A stretch of 64,000 bases of DNA, taken from Ruditapes philippinarum. Lineage: Eukaryota. The position numbers were made by a program, and so were the translations under genes. The notes beneath the pieces are model-generated. The model ran no database searches. It was not told where the DNA came from and saw only the letters and a program-made list of their open reading frames with translations. The stretch is taken from NCBI RefSeq assembly GCF_026571515.1, contig NW_026863604.1:62001-126000 (forward strand). The letters are read 5' to 3'. Shown here one piece after another: positions 1 through 12,911 of this stretch (positions within the stretch are counted from its first letter, which is position 1; each line of letters opens with the position of its first letter).

Positions 1-2422
1 AACAATGTTATATTTGTATTCAACATCTCATATGCAAGATCCATGCTCTTTTAATAGGTTTATAGAGAATAAAAGATTTTTGACAATAGTCATTTAATAT
101 ATGTTATTACAAAAACAGGAAAAAACAACAACAATATTTTAGAGTCTGTGAAAAAATCAAATGCACGATGTACCAAAATAATCTTCAGCATTTAAATATT
201 GTACAATTACAAACAAGATTGAAAACATATATGTAATTATTATTCAATAAATTTCTAGTGTTTTTTGTGTGTCTTTATTTTTATATGTTGACAGTTTTGT
301 AACCGATCTTAAGGAAATAAAATATCTGACTTTTGTCAATCTTTGACAGACTATCATTTAATAAGATTTACCACCAACTTAAAGTTCTTTTTTATGCAAT
401 AATGCGTGCTACATTACTATAACTGCTTAAAATCATGTTAAAATTATTGAGGAAGATGTTTTTCATAAATGTGACTTTACAGTTTAATTATGTTGTCAAT
501 TTGAAAACTTCTGAAAATGTTAAGATTTTTAAAAATTGTTGTACATGTATATATGTATTACATTGTTTGAAATAGAAAGTCATTAGCAAGCCTCTCGCTC
601 ATGCCAAATCATATTGATTTCATATCGTGACATTGAATGTCATCACAATCATCGGCAGGCCTCAAAATTTCACATCATGCCAAGAAAATTAGTTTTGAGG
701 CCATGAAAATCAGTGTAAAGATTTAAGTACATGTATTCATTTATTTTTGTATCTCCGGGGTCTAAAGTTACAGCACTGAATAATGATGTCTTCAGAAGCT
801 TCTCTGCTTGCAGTTAGTCTGTAAGTAGGGTGCTTTGAGGCCGTAGTCTAGAAGTGGGCACCTTCATAGGATATGCTCTGGAGTGTGGTTTTTAGTGAGT
901 ATTGTTGTGACTGAGGCATACATACGAATAGGTTACTTAGGTACTTAGCTCACCAAAGTGCATGTTTACAAGTTAAAAATTCAAGTATAATTATTATTCG
1001 ATTCAGTAAGTGTGTGCCAAAATTGACACTTGTAAACAATGTCTTAGAGTTATGAAATTGTCTAAGTAATTTAATACAACCGTTAATAAACTTGTCTAGA
1101 AATAAGTAAAGAATACCAAAAAAGAAAAAAGATTGATTAAAAAACATGTTTAAAAAGACAAAGAGCAGATAAATTTATATCCTAATTTTAATCACCGGGA
1201 CATTAAAAAAATCAGCAATAATTAGGAAACAAAAAGTACAAATTAAAACACAAAATGGTTGCTTTCATTTTAATTTTAAGTTAAAGTTACAAGACACATC
1301 CGATTTAAAAAGAAATACCACGAAATGATATCTAATTGAGACATTTATTTTGTATTTAGAATAATCGCGTCGTATCTGATGTTTAATATTTTCAACAGTT
1401 TCCTGAAAGAGTGCGGAGAAGTGAAAAATAAAGAATATATGGGAGCAATCAACATGTTAATTGTCTCGGTATTTAGGCGCAATTTATTCCATCATGCTTC
1501 GATTGCGTGTCCAGACAAATAAATAGGAAACTATATCTGGAGGATTGAATTAATGCTTTATTGTTTTGCACAAATATTTAAACCAGTTTCGCAAGTCTTT
1601 CAAGGGAAAAAAATAAGCTATAGGTAGATAATTATATAAATCAATGCCAGTTTTTGATGCTCCAAATTGTAAATCAAATGCAGTATACAGCAGTCGGATG
1701 CCAAATTTAGTGTCAAATGTCACTTGAAATAGAGTATTGGATATGTTTATAGTTTCTTAACATATTTAATAAATCAATCATTTCTTGGTTTTAGACAACA
1801 ATCGGTCAGCTAAAACATTTCAGGACCTTTATATATTCTATAATCTTAAAGGAGATTTTTTTGGCTAGTAAATATTATTTGTGTCTGGAAGTTGGATTTC
1901 CGACAGCGATAAAGGTATGCGCTTTTCTCAACTGAATGAAATGTGATTTTTTATCTATTTTAATTGGTACAGGACAACTATTTGAAATTCCTTATCAGTA
2001 ATGTTTTATCATTTCATATTTCGATTTCTTAGCTATTGAGTACTTTAACTGTTTCATTACTTTTTTATTTTTATTTTTTTATTTTATTTTTTTTTTGGGG
2101 GGGGGGGGGCGATAACATATACAATGTAATATGGGGTTGTCATGTTATTACATGTGAATGAATGTAGAAAATCGCGCACTTTTATTTACATTTACCCAAT
2201 TAATAACATGACAACCTGCATATTATGTAACAGTTAGTCACAGACCTTTCTAGATTAATAAAAAGACACTTACGGGATGATGTATATAATACCAGTTTGA
2301 AAGAAATCGGAACATCAAGTAAAAAAAACAGTTTCATGAACGATTACTATAGAAATTTTAGATTTGCATCTCACTTGTTTAACTTTACTTCTGTCAAATA
2401 AAAATATAAAAAAAATATACAA

Positions 2423-2612
2423 GGGGAGCGGTGGCCTAGTGGTTAAGGTGTCTGCCTCTCAACCCAGTGGGTTCGAGCCCTACACGGGTCACGACCATGT
2501 TTCTTCACATGACACCAGTACTGGTTGGTTCCAGGAAGCGGACTCGAAAGTGATTGATATAAGTTGCATGAACTTGTTTCGCAATCGAGCTAAAATAAAT
2601 ATGTTTAAACCA
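2423..2612 (+). mobile_element. tRNA-derived SINE
   Basis: Pol III A-box (TGGCCTAGTGG) and B-box (GGTTCGAGCCC), a body and an A-rich tail. A diverged copy lies at ~41028-41182. Confidence 0.75.
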
Positions 2613-5600
2613 AATAAAAATATCAAATATCCAGATATATACGTATTTGAATTTCCGAAAAAAAAGATCATATTATTAAGAGGTTAACACACGGCAGAGT
2701 AGGACCGAAAGGTAATAATCGGCTAGTAAAATGAGTAATGACCCCGGGGAATGAATTCCCGAGCCGTCTCTGACGTGTATTAACCTCTTCGATCTAATAC
2801 TAGCACTGTTTTACATATCTTGAAGATCAGAACTTTATTGATATTGAAAAAATGCAGTTTTATATAAGGTCATATATGAAACATAAGTCGTTAATATATC
2901 ACTATGAAGACTGTGATTTCACCGTTTTTTATCTTACATTAAAGCCTTCATTTAAACGCACGTTGTAATTTTAGGTTCTTATAGTGGAAAGAGTTAAGGT
3001 CATACAACGACGTTTGATATACAGAAATTTTGCACCATTTAAAAAAAATGTAAGTACAAGGGACGAATTAAAAGACAGACACAAAAATTGATTTTACATT
3101 GAATGATAAGGCTTTGACATTGACATTATTCTACAGAAATGAAATGTGAGCTCATATTGGACTTGTTTTCATCTTTGCAGACAGTTTAATAAATGCGTTT
3201 CAACATTTAATGGAAAGAAAGAGTAACCTTGAATGATATTTGATTTTAATTTATTATGCACTCTTGGGAAACTCTTTCATTTTTCATATATGAGAGAACG
3301 TCTTATGACATTTTTCAATTCTCTGATATTGCAACCATCGGTATATATTTAACTGTTGTATGACGAACGCTCAAAAGATGCGAGAAATAAGCATCATGAG
3401 GCATTTACATTATAAAAATAATTTACATTATAAAACCAATTGAATTCGTGGATATCATATAAAATTCCATTTGTTTTAAGCGTTTTTAACTATGCACCAA
3501 CCAATTAAGAAACAATAACCATTTTCCATTGCTCATGCTAATTCGCCTGATCCAAGCAATGTTAAGTGATTTTATAAAAGCTTATAAATTTAACACATAT
3601 AGTCCCTTTTTCTTAGTTATTATCAAAACATATTTTACCTTACATAACCTTTCCGTATGAATTGATTAAATTAAGTTTCTACCCGTTGAATGGATAAGGC
3701 GAAAAGACAAACAAATGGTTAAAAAGTGAAAGTACTAGAACTTTAATGGTAAGTTTTCTTACAATCGATGCAATTGTTCTTCTCTTTCACAAGTTAGGAA
3801 TATGTTTTGCATTTGCCATTTCCGGATTTAATTTAAGCATTTGTTTAAAATCCACATAAAACGTGTTGCTTAACATGTCAAAACATTGCTTATTCAAAGA
3901 CAGTTTTCAATTTGTTTTAATATTATCTTGTGTTATCAAAATTAACTTTCAATCCTGAGATTGCAATTAATGTGCCCAATGTGTCTTGAGTTTTATTTAA
4001 AAAAGAGGCATAACCATCTATAATCATCATCACCAAAAGAGAAGTTTGATTTCTTGTGTACATCTAATATATATATATATATATATACAAAGATAGGTTT
4101 TTGTGAAATGCAGAAAATGAATACCATTTAATTTTTACACGTTTATTTTCTGTTAGCGCTTTATACACATATCTTCAGACATGACATATATCATAACTAA
4201 TATTAGAATTTAAAATTTTGAAACATTGTTCAATGGTTCCTGCTATTTTTATTAAATATTAACTAAGTGGTAATTAATGGCATCAATGAAGGTAGAATAT
4301 TATTGGTGTTGGATTTTTGGGACGATAAACATTCTAAGATATCATAACACGTTTCTCTTTTCATATTACAGAAGTAGTGGAAACAAATAATGTGTTGCAT
4401 TTAGCTTATATACAATTTTTCAAATGTTTATTTAACATTTTATTTTTCAAGAGAAAAAATGATTTGCACAGTCTGATCAATCTTAGGTCTAAGTTTAAAT
4501 GAAGATACGAAAAACCCAAAAATATCAACTGAAGGAAAAGTCAAAAGTCACCCACTGCAACTGTTCTCTTTTGTTAATAGATTTTGTGATATGTTGTCCT
4601 GGCAAGTGTAACGGTTTATTGAGTTGATACATTTGGCATGGTAATAAAAAACGAGTTAGCCTGATGCACTAATAGGCAAAGCATTCTTATTACGGGAGTG
4701 TAGATTTTTTGCCAAAATGATCCCTTGATCATGTTCTGTCCGACATTGATAGCGACACCGTATCTGAAATGTTACTTTTGAAATGTTTTTAAAGAAAGTA
4801 ACCCCTCTTATATATGTATCGCTATAAAACAGTTACAAGTCATTCTTGATTATTCACTTTTAATGTAGAACTACTTGAAAGGCCATTTAATTCAAAATCC
4901 CTCTTAAAATAAATGAAACAATGGAAAGAATATTTTGAAATATCGCCTAAAAACGTTCTTTTTGGTATCAAACATTCGCTTTTCCGCTGTCGAGAATTAC
5001 CTTCCTTTGGAGGCAGTACACAGTTTCGGTCGTTTAGTTTCGAATTGGCCAGGGTCATATTTACAAATAAGAGACCATTTTGTAATTGAAGTGGATATTT
5101 GAGCTTCTAAATATTCAAAGTTGCTATATTTCAAGTTTCAGTGGCTAGTATTGTGTTTCGGTTATCAAGTTAACTTGATTTTAGTGGTGTTTGACCCATA
5201 CATTTTGGGGAGTACCTGTCATATTCGAATTTATGACCCATAAAGCCAGCTCGGAAATCAGCTCTTCAATTTAAAGGGTATGCAGAAGACTTAAAATAGT
5301 GAAAAAGTAGGTGCATGTCACCCTGTTTGGATGTTATTTTCAGAATGTGTATTATTTGAGAAGGAAGAAACACTATAGCTTGTGATTTTAATTTTTTTAC
5401 GTTAATATATTTTTGTTATTTTTCGAATAGTTGTAATCCACTCTTTTTGTCGTTGATTTTCGCGACCAAAACAATGAAAAACACAGGGCTATGTGCCAGA
5501 AAACTAGAAGGTGGACATGTATTTTAATTGTTTGATGTGAGATATATATGTATATGTTATATATGAAATGCGTGTATTTCAGGTGTGTGCTTACAGACTT

Positions 5601-5699
5601 GTGTGTAAGGTTTTGATTGTGGCGCAGTCAGTTGTTTGTCGAGAAGCCTTGAAAACTGTGTATTGTCCACTTAAAGACATTTTTTACAGTTTTATGAAA

Positions 5700-6600
5700 A
5701 AATAATCCTTTCATAGAATTTTCTAAATTTTTTGTATGATGAGTAAAATTTAATGACGAATTTAAAAATAAAAAGAAAAATATATCTTGACGTGTTGGAT
5801 TTCTTGTAAAATGGCAGTTTCCATGGTAACCGTATATCTTAAAACTGTCAAAGTAGCCTAAATGTGTTATAACGAATAGAAAATGTATAAGATAGCTTAA
5901 AACACACAACGAGCATTGTTTTATGCAAAGATAAACTTATCTAATGATTCTGTATGAAACATATGATAATCTGAACATATTTCTTTAAAAAATGAGTTTT
6001 AAATGTTCCTCAACCGAACAAAAAATGAGAAAAATGAACATGAATTCTCAGAATTATTAGAGATATTGAAAAAAGTGTTTCATAGGATTTTCTAATTTTT
6101 TTGTATGTTGTGTAAAATTTAATGACAAATTCAAAAAGAAAAAGAAAAATATATGTTGGCGTAACGGATATTTCGAAAAATGGCAGTTTCCGTGGTAACC
6201 GTATATGTATCTCAAAATTGTCAAAATAGTCAAACTGTGTTATAATAATGTATAAAATAGCTTATTACACTCACAATAAACATAATTTTATACAAAGCTT
6301 GCTTTATCTTAGGGTTTTGTATAAAAACAAACGATAATTTGAACATATTTCTTAAAAAAAATGAGTTTTCATGCTTTTTAACTAAATAAAAAATAAGAAA
6401 AATAAACATGAATTCTGTAAAAAATTAAAGCTATCAAGAAATTTCTTTTATAGAATTTTCTACATTATTGATATATCAAGTAACATTTGATTGTGGATTC
6501 AAAAATAGAAATAAAATATATATGTTGACGTGTTAGTTTTTTGTAAACGGGCAGTTTCCATGGTTACCGCATATGCCAACTGTCAAAATTACCACGCTTT
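5700..6600. repeat. Diverged tandem repeat, ~370-bp unit, ~2.5 copies
   Basis: The block 'ttcatagaattttct...aaatggcagtttccatggtaaccgtat' recurs at ~5709, ~6079 and ~6447. Confidence 0.75.
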
Positions 6601-8125
6601 TTTAAGAAATATCAGTGTTATACTAAATGTATTGTCAAATATAAAACATGTTGTAATAAGAATTTCTTTTTCTTTTGATGTTATATTAAGTAAATGATAC
6701 TGAATATTTTTTCAAAACATATCTAGGGCCATATTATTTTTTTCACTCGACTAACATACGCGAACAGTAAGCAAGTATTCAGAAATTTACAAAGAAAATA
6801 ATGAAATTCTGAACATTTCTTGGATATTAATTTTGTTTTTTATTCAACACTTTTAAAATATATCATTTTAAACTTCTTTGCCCAGTTGTCTGCCAGTAAA
6901 CAAGTCGCGACGCACTTTTGTCACTATACCACAAGTGGGTGGGGTAACGCGCGCAGAATTATCATCAATGCTGTCGTACTAATGCTTGGAGAAATCCTTT
7001 ATGTGATGTTGTCTAAACGACATTCTTATTCTTTTGAACCAATGTCCTTTTGAACATTTAGAAATATCTATTCTGTATTATTTACTCATTATTTGCTTAT
7101 AGCCGAAATTTAAACACTTATCCGAATACTTTTCAACTTGACCTTGATAGAGGTCAAAGTCGGGATCCTTGGCCCGTGACTTACGGTATTTTAGAATGTA
7201 TCAAATATAATCAAGGAAACGTAGAAAATACTTAAGTTTTGATAGGCGGCACTTAAAAAGATATACTTTATTAATAACATCATATTCATGTATATATAAT
7301 TACCAGTATATCAATTTGAAATTAATTTGCTAAACCACATTAACTTACTTTGAAAGATCCAGCCATTGTTGTTACACATGACTATATTGAATGAATTATC
7401 TTTTCTATTTATGTCGGTTACTGTGTTATTAACGCAGTAAGTAGATTATACAAAAAAAAATGTTTGACTGACGATGTTGTCATTTGTTAAAAGTTAAGTG
7501 GTCAGTAATTAATGAATTTACATATTACATATTAAACCTAATTATAAATCAGTAGTTATTGTTTGCTTAAACTTTCATTTAATCTTATTCTCATTTCACC
7601 AACTACATGCGTGTTCTTTTATCTAAATATTAAATGTAATGAAAAAAATATCATTAGTTTGTCCAATTTATTAAACACACGAATATCTGCTTAATCTGTA
7701 AAAATTGAAAAACAAGATCAACAAAGAAGAGCGGGATTCAACGAATGAAACCCCAAACACATTAGCACATTAAAGCGTACTTAAAAGACACGAAAACTGA
7801 ATCTAAAATGCAAGGGATGTAACACATTTTTCTAAAGACTTAAATGTAATGCAATTATTTCCCCTGTTAAGTTTCCACCGCTACTGTATATATGTTCAGT
7901 GGAGCGCGGTCTCCAGAATCATGTATACCTGTAATCAAGAAAGCAAGAATTATTCTATAGAAATAACTTTGAAACATCTTTAATATTTGACAACAATTTT
8001 TGCAAAAAGATATAAGCATAGTCAACATAGAGATCAGGTTGCTTTATCTCAACTCTTTTAAGAGTTATCAATTAAACGTTTAAATATGGAATAACATTTA
8101 CAAATGAGTAAGATGAACTGAATAT

Positions 8126-11100
8126 TCAAACGTCGAATTCTGTTCCACTATCATTTGCAATGAGATTATTTCTATCCGACATCGAGATAACGGCATCATC
8201 TTGGTCACGTGTATAAACCGCTGTATAATTACCAAGAGTATCACCCCTTGCTGCCCTCCGCTCACGCATACGACGGCGACATCGTCGGACGGTAAAGAAA
8301 GTAACGGTAATAAGTATTAGTGCCCCTACGACTGACACCAAAACAATAAATAATGTCCTTGATAACGATGATCCACACTTTAAATCTTCCGGTGCCATTT
8401 CTAGTAGATTTTTGTTTCTCAAATTTGATGGGTCTTCACATCTGATGATAAATAAAACATATCTCAAATAACTAGAAGAACATGTTGAAACAGGTGATTA
8501 ATTGCTTTTTAATTGAAAATATAACATAATCATTTATTTAAAGGCAAATGGTGTACACTAAGGTAAAAAAAAAACATTGCAAATATCTTATCAAACATTT
8601 ATCAATAAATAGGCATTTTAAAACACATCTTTCGTGAATCTGAATAAAAAATAAGCATTTCTAAAATGTGAATATCACACCAAGAAATCAAATGAATGGG
8701 GTCAGTAAGAACGTTTTTGTAATACCATAGGAACAAGTATAAGTTATTTTTAATGTAATATATTTATCTTGCAAAAATATGTGTTACGATCCATCCATCA
8801 TATTATATGTTATTTTGGTTTTGGAGTGATATATGTGGATATATTACCTGGCAAGATTTTATATCACCCGAGCCGTTAGGCGAGGGTGATATAAAATCTT
8901 ACCAGGTAATATATCCACATATATCACTCCAAAACCAAAATAACAATTTTATTACCCTTCCCATGCCGAGTAAGATTTTAAAATAAATCATTGCTGTTTC
9001 AAACTTGTAACGTCGAGATAAGATTCCCTTTAGGGTACCTCTTCACCACAACATGACGTCACATAAATACATGACGTATTTGCTTTCGTACCTAACGAAT
9101 GTAAACAAGAGAAAAGGGGTAGTCTGTCGAAGACACTTTTTTGATATTAATATCAAGCATTGGCGAGGCCATTTTTGTTTTCAATACTGATGAGAATATT
9201 CATCATTACTTTCTTTTGGTAAATATTTTTCATTTGACATTTAAATAGTGCTTGTATATCGGAATTTACACCGCGCAAAATCGAACCGTATGCGCATCAC
9301 CATCACGCATGTTGTTTACAACGTGGGGTACCAAACGGGTATATTTAGGTGTGTATATTACCCGTCTGGCTCGGTAATATCAATTTCTTTCGGCGGATCA
9401 ATATCCAATCAAAAAGGTGGAACAAATCTGGAAGGGTAATAAATACTTATAGTACTTACATGAAGGTATAACTCTTCTCCTTCAAATCATAGTCATCAGT
9501 GAGGATCCATCTCATCTTACAATCACATTTCAGTTTGTTATTTGTCAAATCAATCACTTTCAGCTCATCCAGCTCGTCGAGAGGAAAACTTTCTGCATTG
9601 AATCGCTCTATATCGTTGTTCCTATGTATACGAATTACAAAATATTTTTTCTGGCCAACTAGAAGCAAAAGACACAAACATTTGATGTGTCATTGAAAAC
9701 CTCGTCCTAGAGTTTTACAGCAATGGACAACTATGATTATCATCATTCAGTATTAAATATAAGTATCATATGATAACACAACATATGTAAATTTACTAAT
9801 AAAAGTGCAAAGCGTCCCTTCTTAGCTAGCTTTTTGCTTTGCGGCATATCGGCACAAATGGTATAAAGTAACGTTTGATCGGCCCCATTGAAATGTATTG
9901 TATTTTCTTTTGCACTAACTAAAGATCTAAAACCGTATAAAAAATTTCGAGATTGTTAAGGAAGTCGCCAAATTAATAAGTTAACGAACTTATGCACGCA
10001 TGTGTGCAAACCCTCCCACCAATCTAACTCAATGATTGACTGAATGACTGACTGACGGACCGACAGACAGACAGACAGACCGACCGACCGACCGACCGAC
10101 CGACCGACCGTCTCACTCACTCACCTTACGTACTCACTAACTTTAATTGTACAGAACAATATGGTAACATGTTATGCTATCAAACACTACATATAATCAC
10201 AGATCAACTTATTTAATCTAAACAACCGATTAACTTATCAAAAAATCATATTAAGATTTCAGTATGCAAATACTTTAATCAAGATCCAGTATTGTCAAAT
10301 AATCTCTATTTATAATCTATATATCACTAACGTATCTTTATAAAGCAAATATATATATGTATATAAGTTTACATACACATGTAAAGAATAATTATCTTAT
10401 ATTTCAATTCATTCTGTTTGAAATTTAAACACAAAAGATACACGATACACAATCTCATTGGTCAATACATGTTTTGAAAAACAAACACTAAGTATTCAAC
10501 CATCAACTATAGTTGAATATGAAAAAAATCTGCTGTAGAACAACGCTTTATTCAATATTAAAATGATAAAATAACAAAGTTAAATATTGACGCATGTTTT
10601 TATATGGACTTAGAGCAATAACAGTAACAAGGGGGAAAAAGGAGAAAAATTGTACTTGTTACCTTAGGTACAGTTTTTGTAAATTATCTGCGTTGTTTAT
10701 GATATCATCTCTAATTTGAACCTTTTCCATTCCATTATTCTCGAGAATCCATGACACGAGTTCAGGCATGTGAGGAATCTCGTCCAATACCCTGATTCTA
10801 TTATGACTCATGTCTAACGTCTTAAGACTCACAAGCATACGGAACGAATCCTCCTTGAAACTCCCTATCTTGTTCCAACTTAAATCCAAGTGTTCCAAAG
10901 GGGGTAAGTCAAGGGAGCCCGCTTCCAACTCGCCTATTTCACAATGAGATAGGTCTAAAATCTTTATAGAAGGAAGTTCATAGAAAGTGAACGTATCCTT
11001 TTTTATATGTCTTATAGGATTTCTTTCCATGTTTAAATATTTCAACATCTTCAAATAATTGAACATTCTTTCTTCCAAATCTGGTCCAAAGATAAGATTT

Positions 11101-11441
11101 TTGGACAAATCGAGTGTCACTAGATTTGTAAAATGGTCAAATGCATCTCTTTTAATCTTATATATTTGATTGTTTGACAAATTTAATAATGTCAATGCAT
11201 TACCTACCATAGGGTAACCAGTGAAGTTTATATTACTTATATGATTGTTTGATAAATCTAACGTTTCCATGTAAGAAGGGATGTGGTCTCCAGATGGTAT
11301 TTCTGTCAATCCTACACCGCTACAGTTAAATGTATTTTTACTGTTGTCACATTCCCCATATATACTGTCCGACGTTGCCGTCAACGCAAAGACAGACGCA
11401 GACAGGGTGAGAAAAACAGACCACATGCCGGAATTTGCCAT
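8126..11441 (-). CDS. Single-pass leucine-rich-repeat receptor-like protein, paralogue 1 (signal peptide, ~10 LRRs, LRRCT, TM, short tail without TIR), 418 aa
   Basis: Coding exons complement(10663..11441, 9460..9621, 8126..8441), all GT-AG, both introns phase 2, total 1257 nt in frame. LxxLxLxxNxI repeats, LRRCT (CDC..W...CEDP..L...C), hydrophobic TM followed by RRCRRR, C-terminus EFDV. A splice acceptor at ~11456 implies a non-coding first exon (candidate donor ~11719). Confidence 0.9.
8808..9443. mobile_element. Non-autonomous element: ~138-bp hairpin plus a 14-bp inverted-repeat pair
   Basis: Near-perfect palindrome at 8808-8945. TTTATTACCCTTCC (8948-8961) is inverted at 9430-9443. Lies in intron 2 of LRR paralogue 1. 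Confidence 0.65.
10035..10140. repeat. Compound tetranucleotide microsatellite (TGAC/GACA/GACC/CTCA)
   Basis: Directly visible. Confidence 0.85.
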
Positions 11442-12911
11442 TTTATAGTTACAAACTGAAATGAAAACAAATCATTTTAACTCTTCGATTTGATGTAGTC
11501 AAACAATTAATAATTGTGTTGTAACTTGATATAACTTATATAATAGTAAGAAAAATATTTATACAATACTCAGTAGTTTCAAATAAATGGATGTTTAGCC
11601 TTTAATTTATGTAATATGATATAAAATAATTTCTATCATAAGTAATAAATTATACTGTAATCAATTTACCACACATAAGAATTTTTTTTTTAAAAAAAAG
11701 GAAGAAAAACTAAACTTACCAAATTACATAGATTCTTTTTAAAGTTAAGCCATTAACACATTGCATATTGTTTTTCGATGTAGAGGATGACGTTATTTCA
11801 AACATCACATCTATATTTGTCATTCATTCGACTGAGGCCCTACTTTAGAGATTGCTGTACCCTGATATCTTTCAATAATTTGATAAAAGTCATGACTTTA
11901 TTTGACGCATTTTGTGTAAATTGTTAAGTTATCAATTTGTAAGCATAAAAGCCATGTATAAAAGTTGTGTATAGGAAAATAGTCAATTTTGTATCTACAA
12001 ATATGAAATAACCGTTTTTATCCAACATATACATAAAATTAGCGAACGAATAATAGTAAAACATACCAAACAAAAAAGTCATTTCCTTTCAAGGTCCTCC
12101 TCAATAATTTTGTTATCATGGTCAAAGTTTAAACACACTGATAATCGGTTATTATAATAGATATTACCTGTGCGATTAGCATTGTTATGATTCTATCTTT
12201 ACATCTACAAAATTATCAATATGTCAGTTTATAAAATACCATTTATGTTACCTTTTATAAATGGTAACACAATGAACTGCTTTTAAGATTCAGTATTGAT
12301 TTCAACCAGCAGCCGTGGGGTACTGTTCAGTGTGACTGTGCGTGTTTTCGTGTGGATGTGCTTTTTATGATAGTACAGTAATTAAAAGGAACCTTTATCC
12401 TGATATCTGCCGTTCTACGGAAGGTTCAACAGCACATCTGAACAGTATATTATCTGAGTTAAAAGTTTGTCTTATTTAAAAGAAATATTTATAGAAATGT
12501 AAGAAATGACCAACAAACGAGCGTTTCCACTTAAAATGATTTTTTTTCTTTTTTCATACATATTTGTGAACAGAAAATTCAGTTTTCAGGATCAGCTTAT
12601 TTGACTTTTAAAATTGTTATAAATATATAGAAATTAAAAACAAATATTGTTTAAAGAAACAAGAATAATGCTGAAACATGTTTTACTCATCTGGTTACCG
12701 AACTACATTTTCATAACTTATATATCTGACATTACTATATAGCTACATGGTAACAGTGCCAACTGTAAGACCATTATTAGTTTTTATAATCCTTAGTAAG
12801 TTACCCTATCCTGAAAACATTTTTTTATATTTTGTGGTATTTTATCTGAGACAATAACTTTCAATTTAGAGTCGTAAGATCGTGTATCCAAGGTAGTTTT
12901 CATCCAAATTA

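Noticed and set aside
2364-2687. 107-aa ORF
   Set aside because: It runs through a tRNA-derived SINE and shows no protein features.
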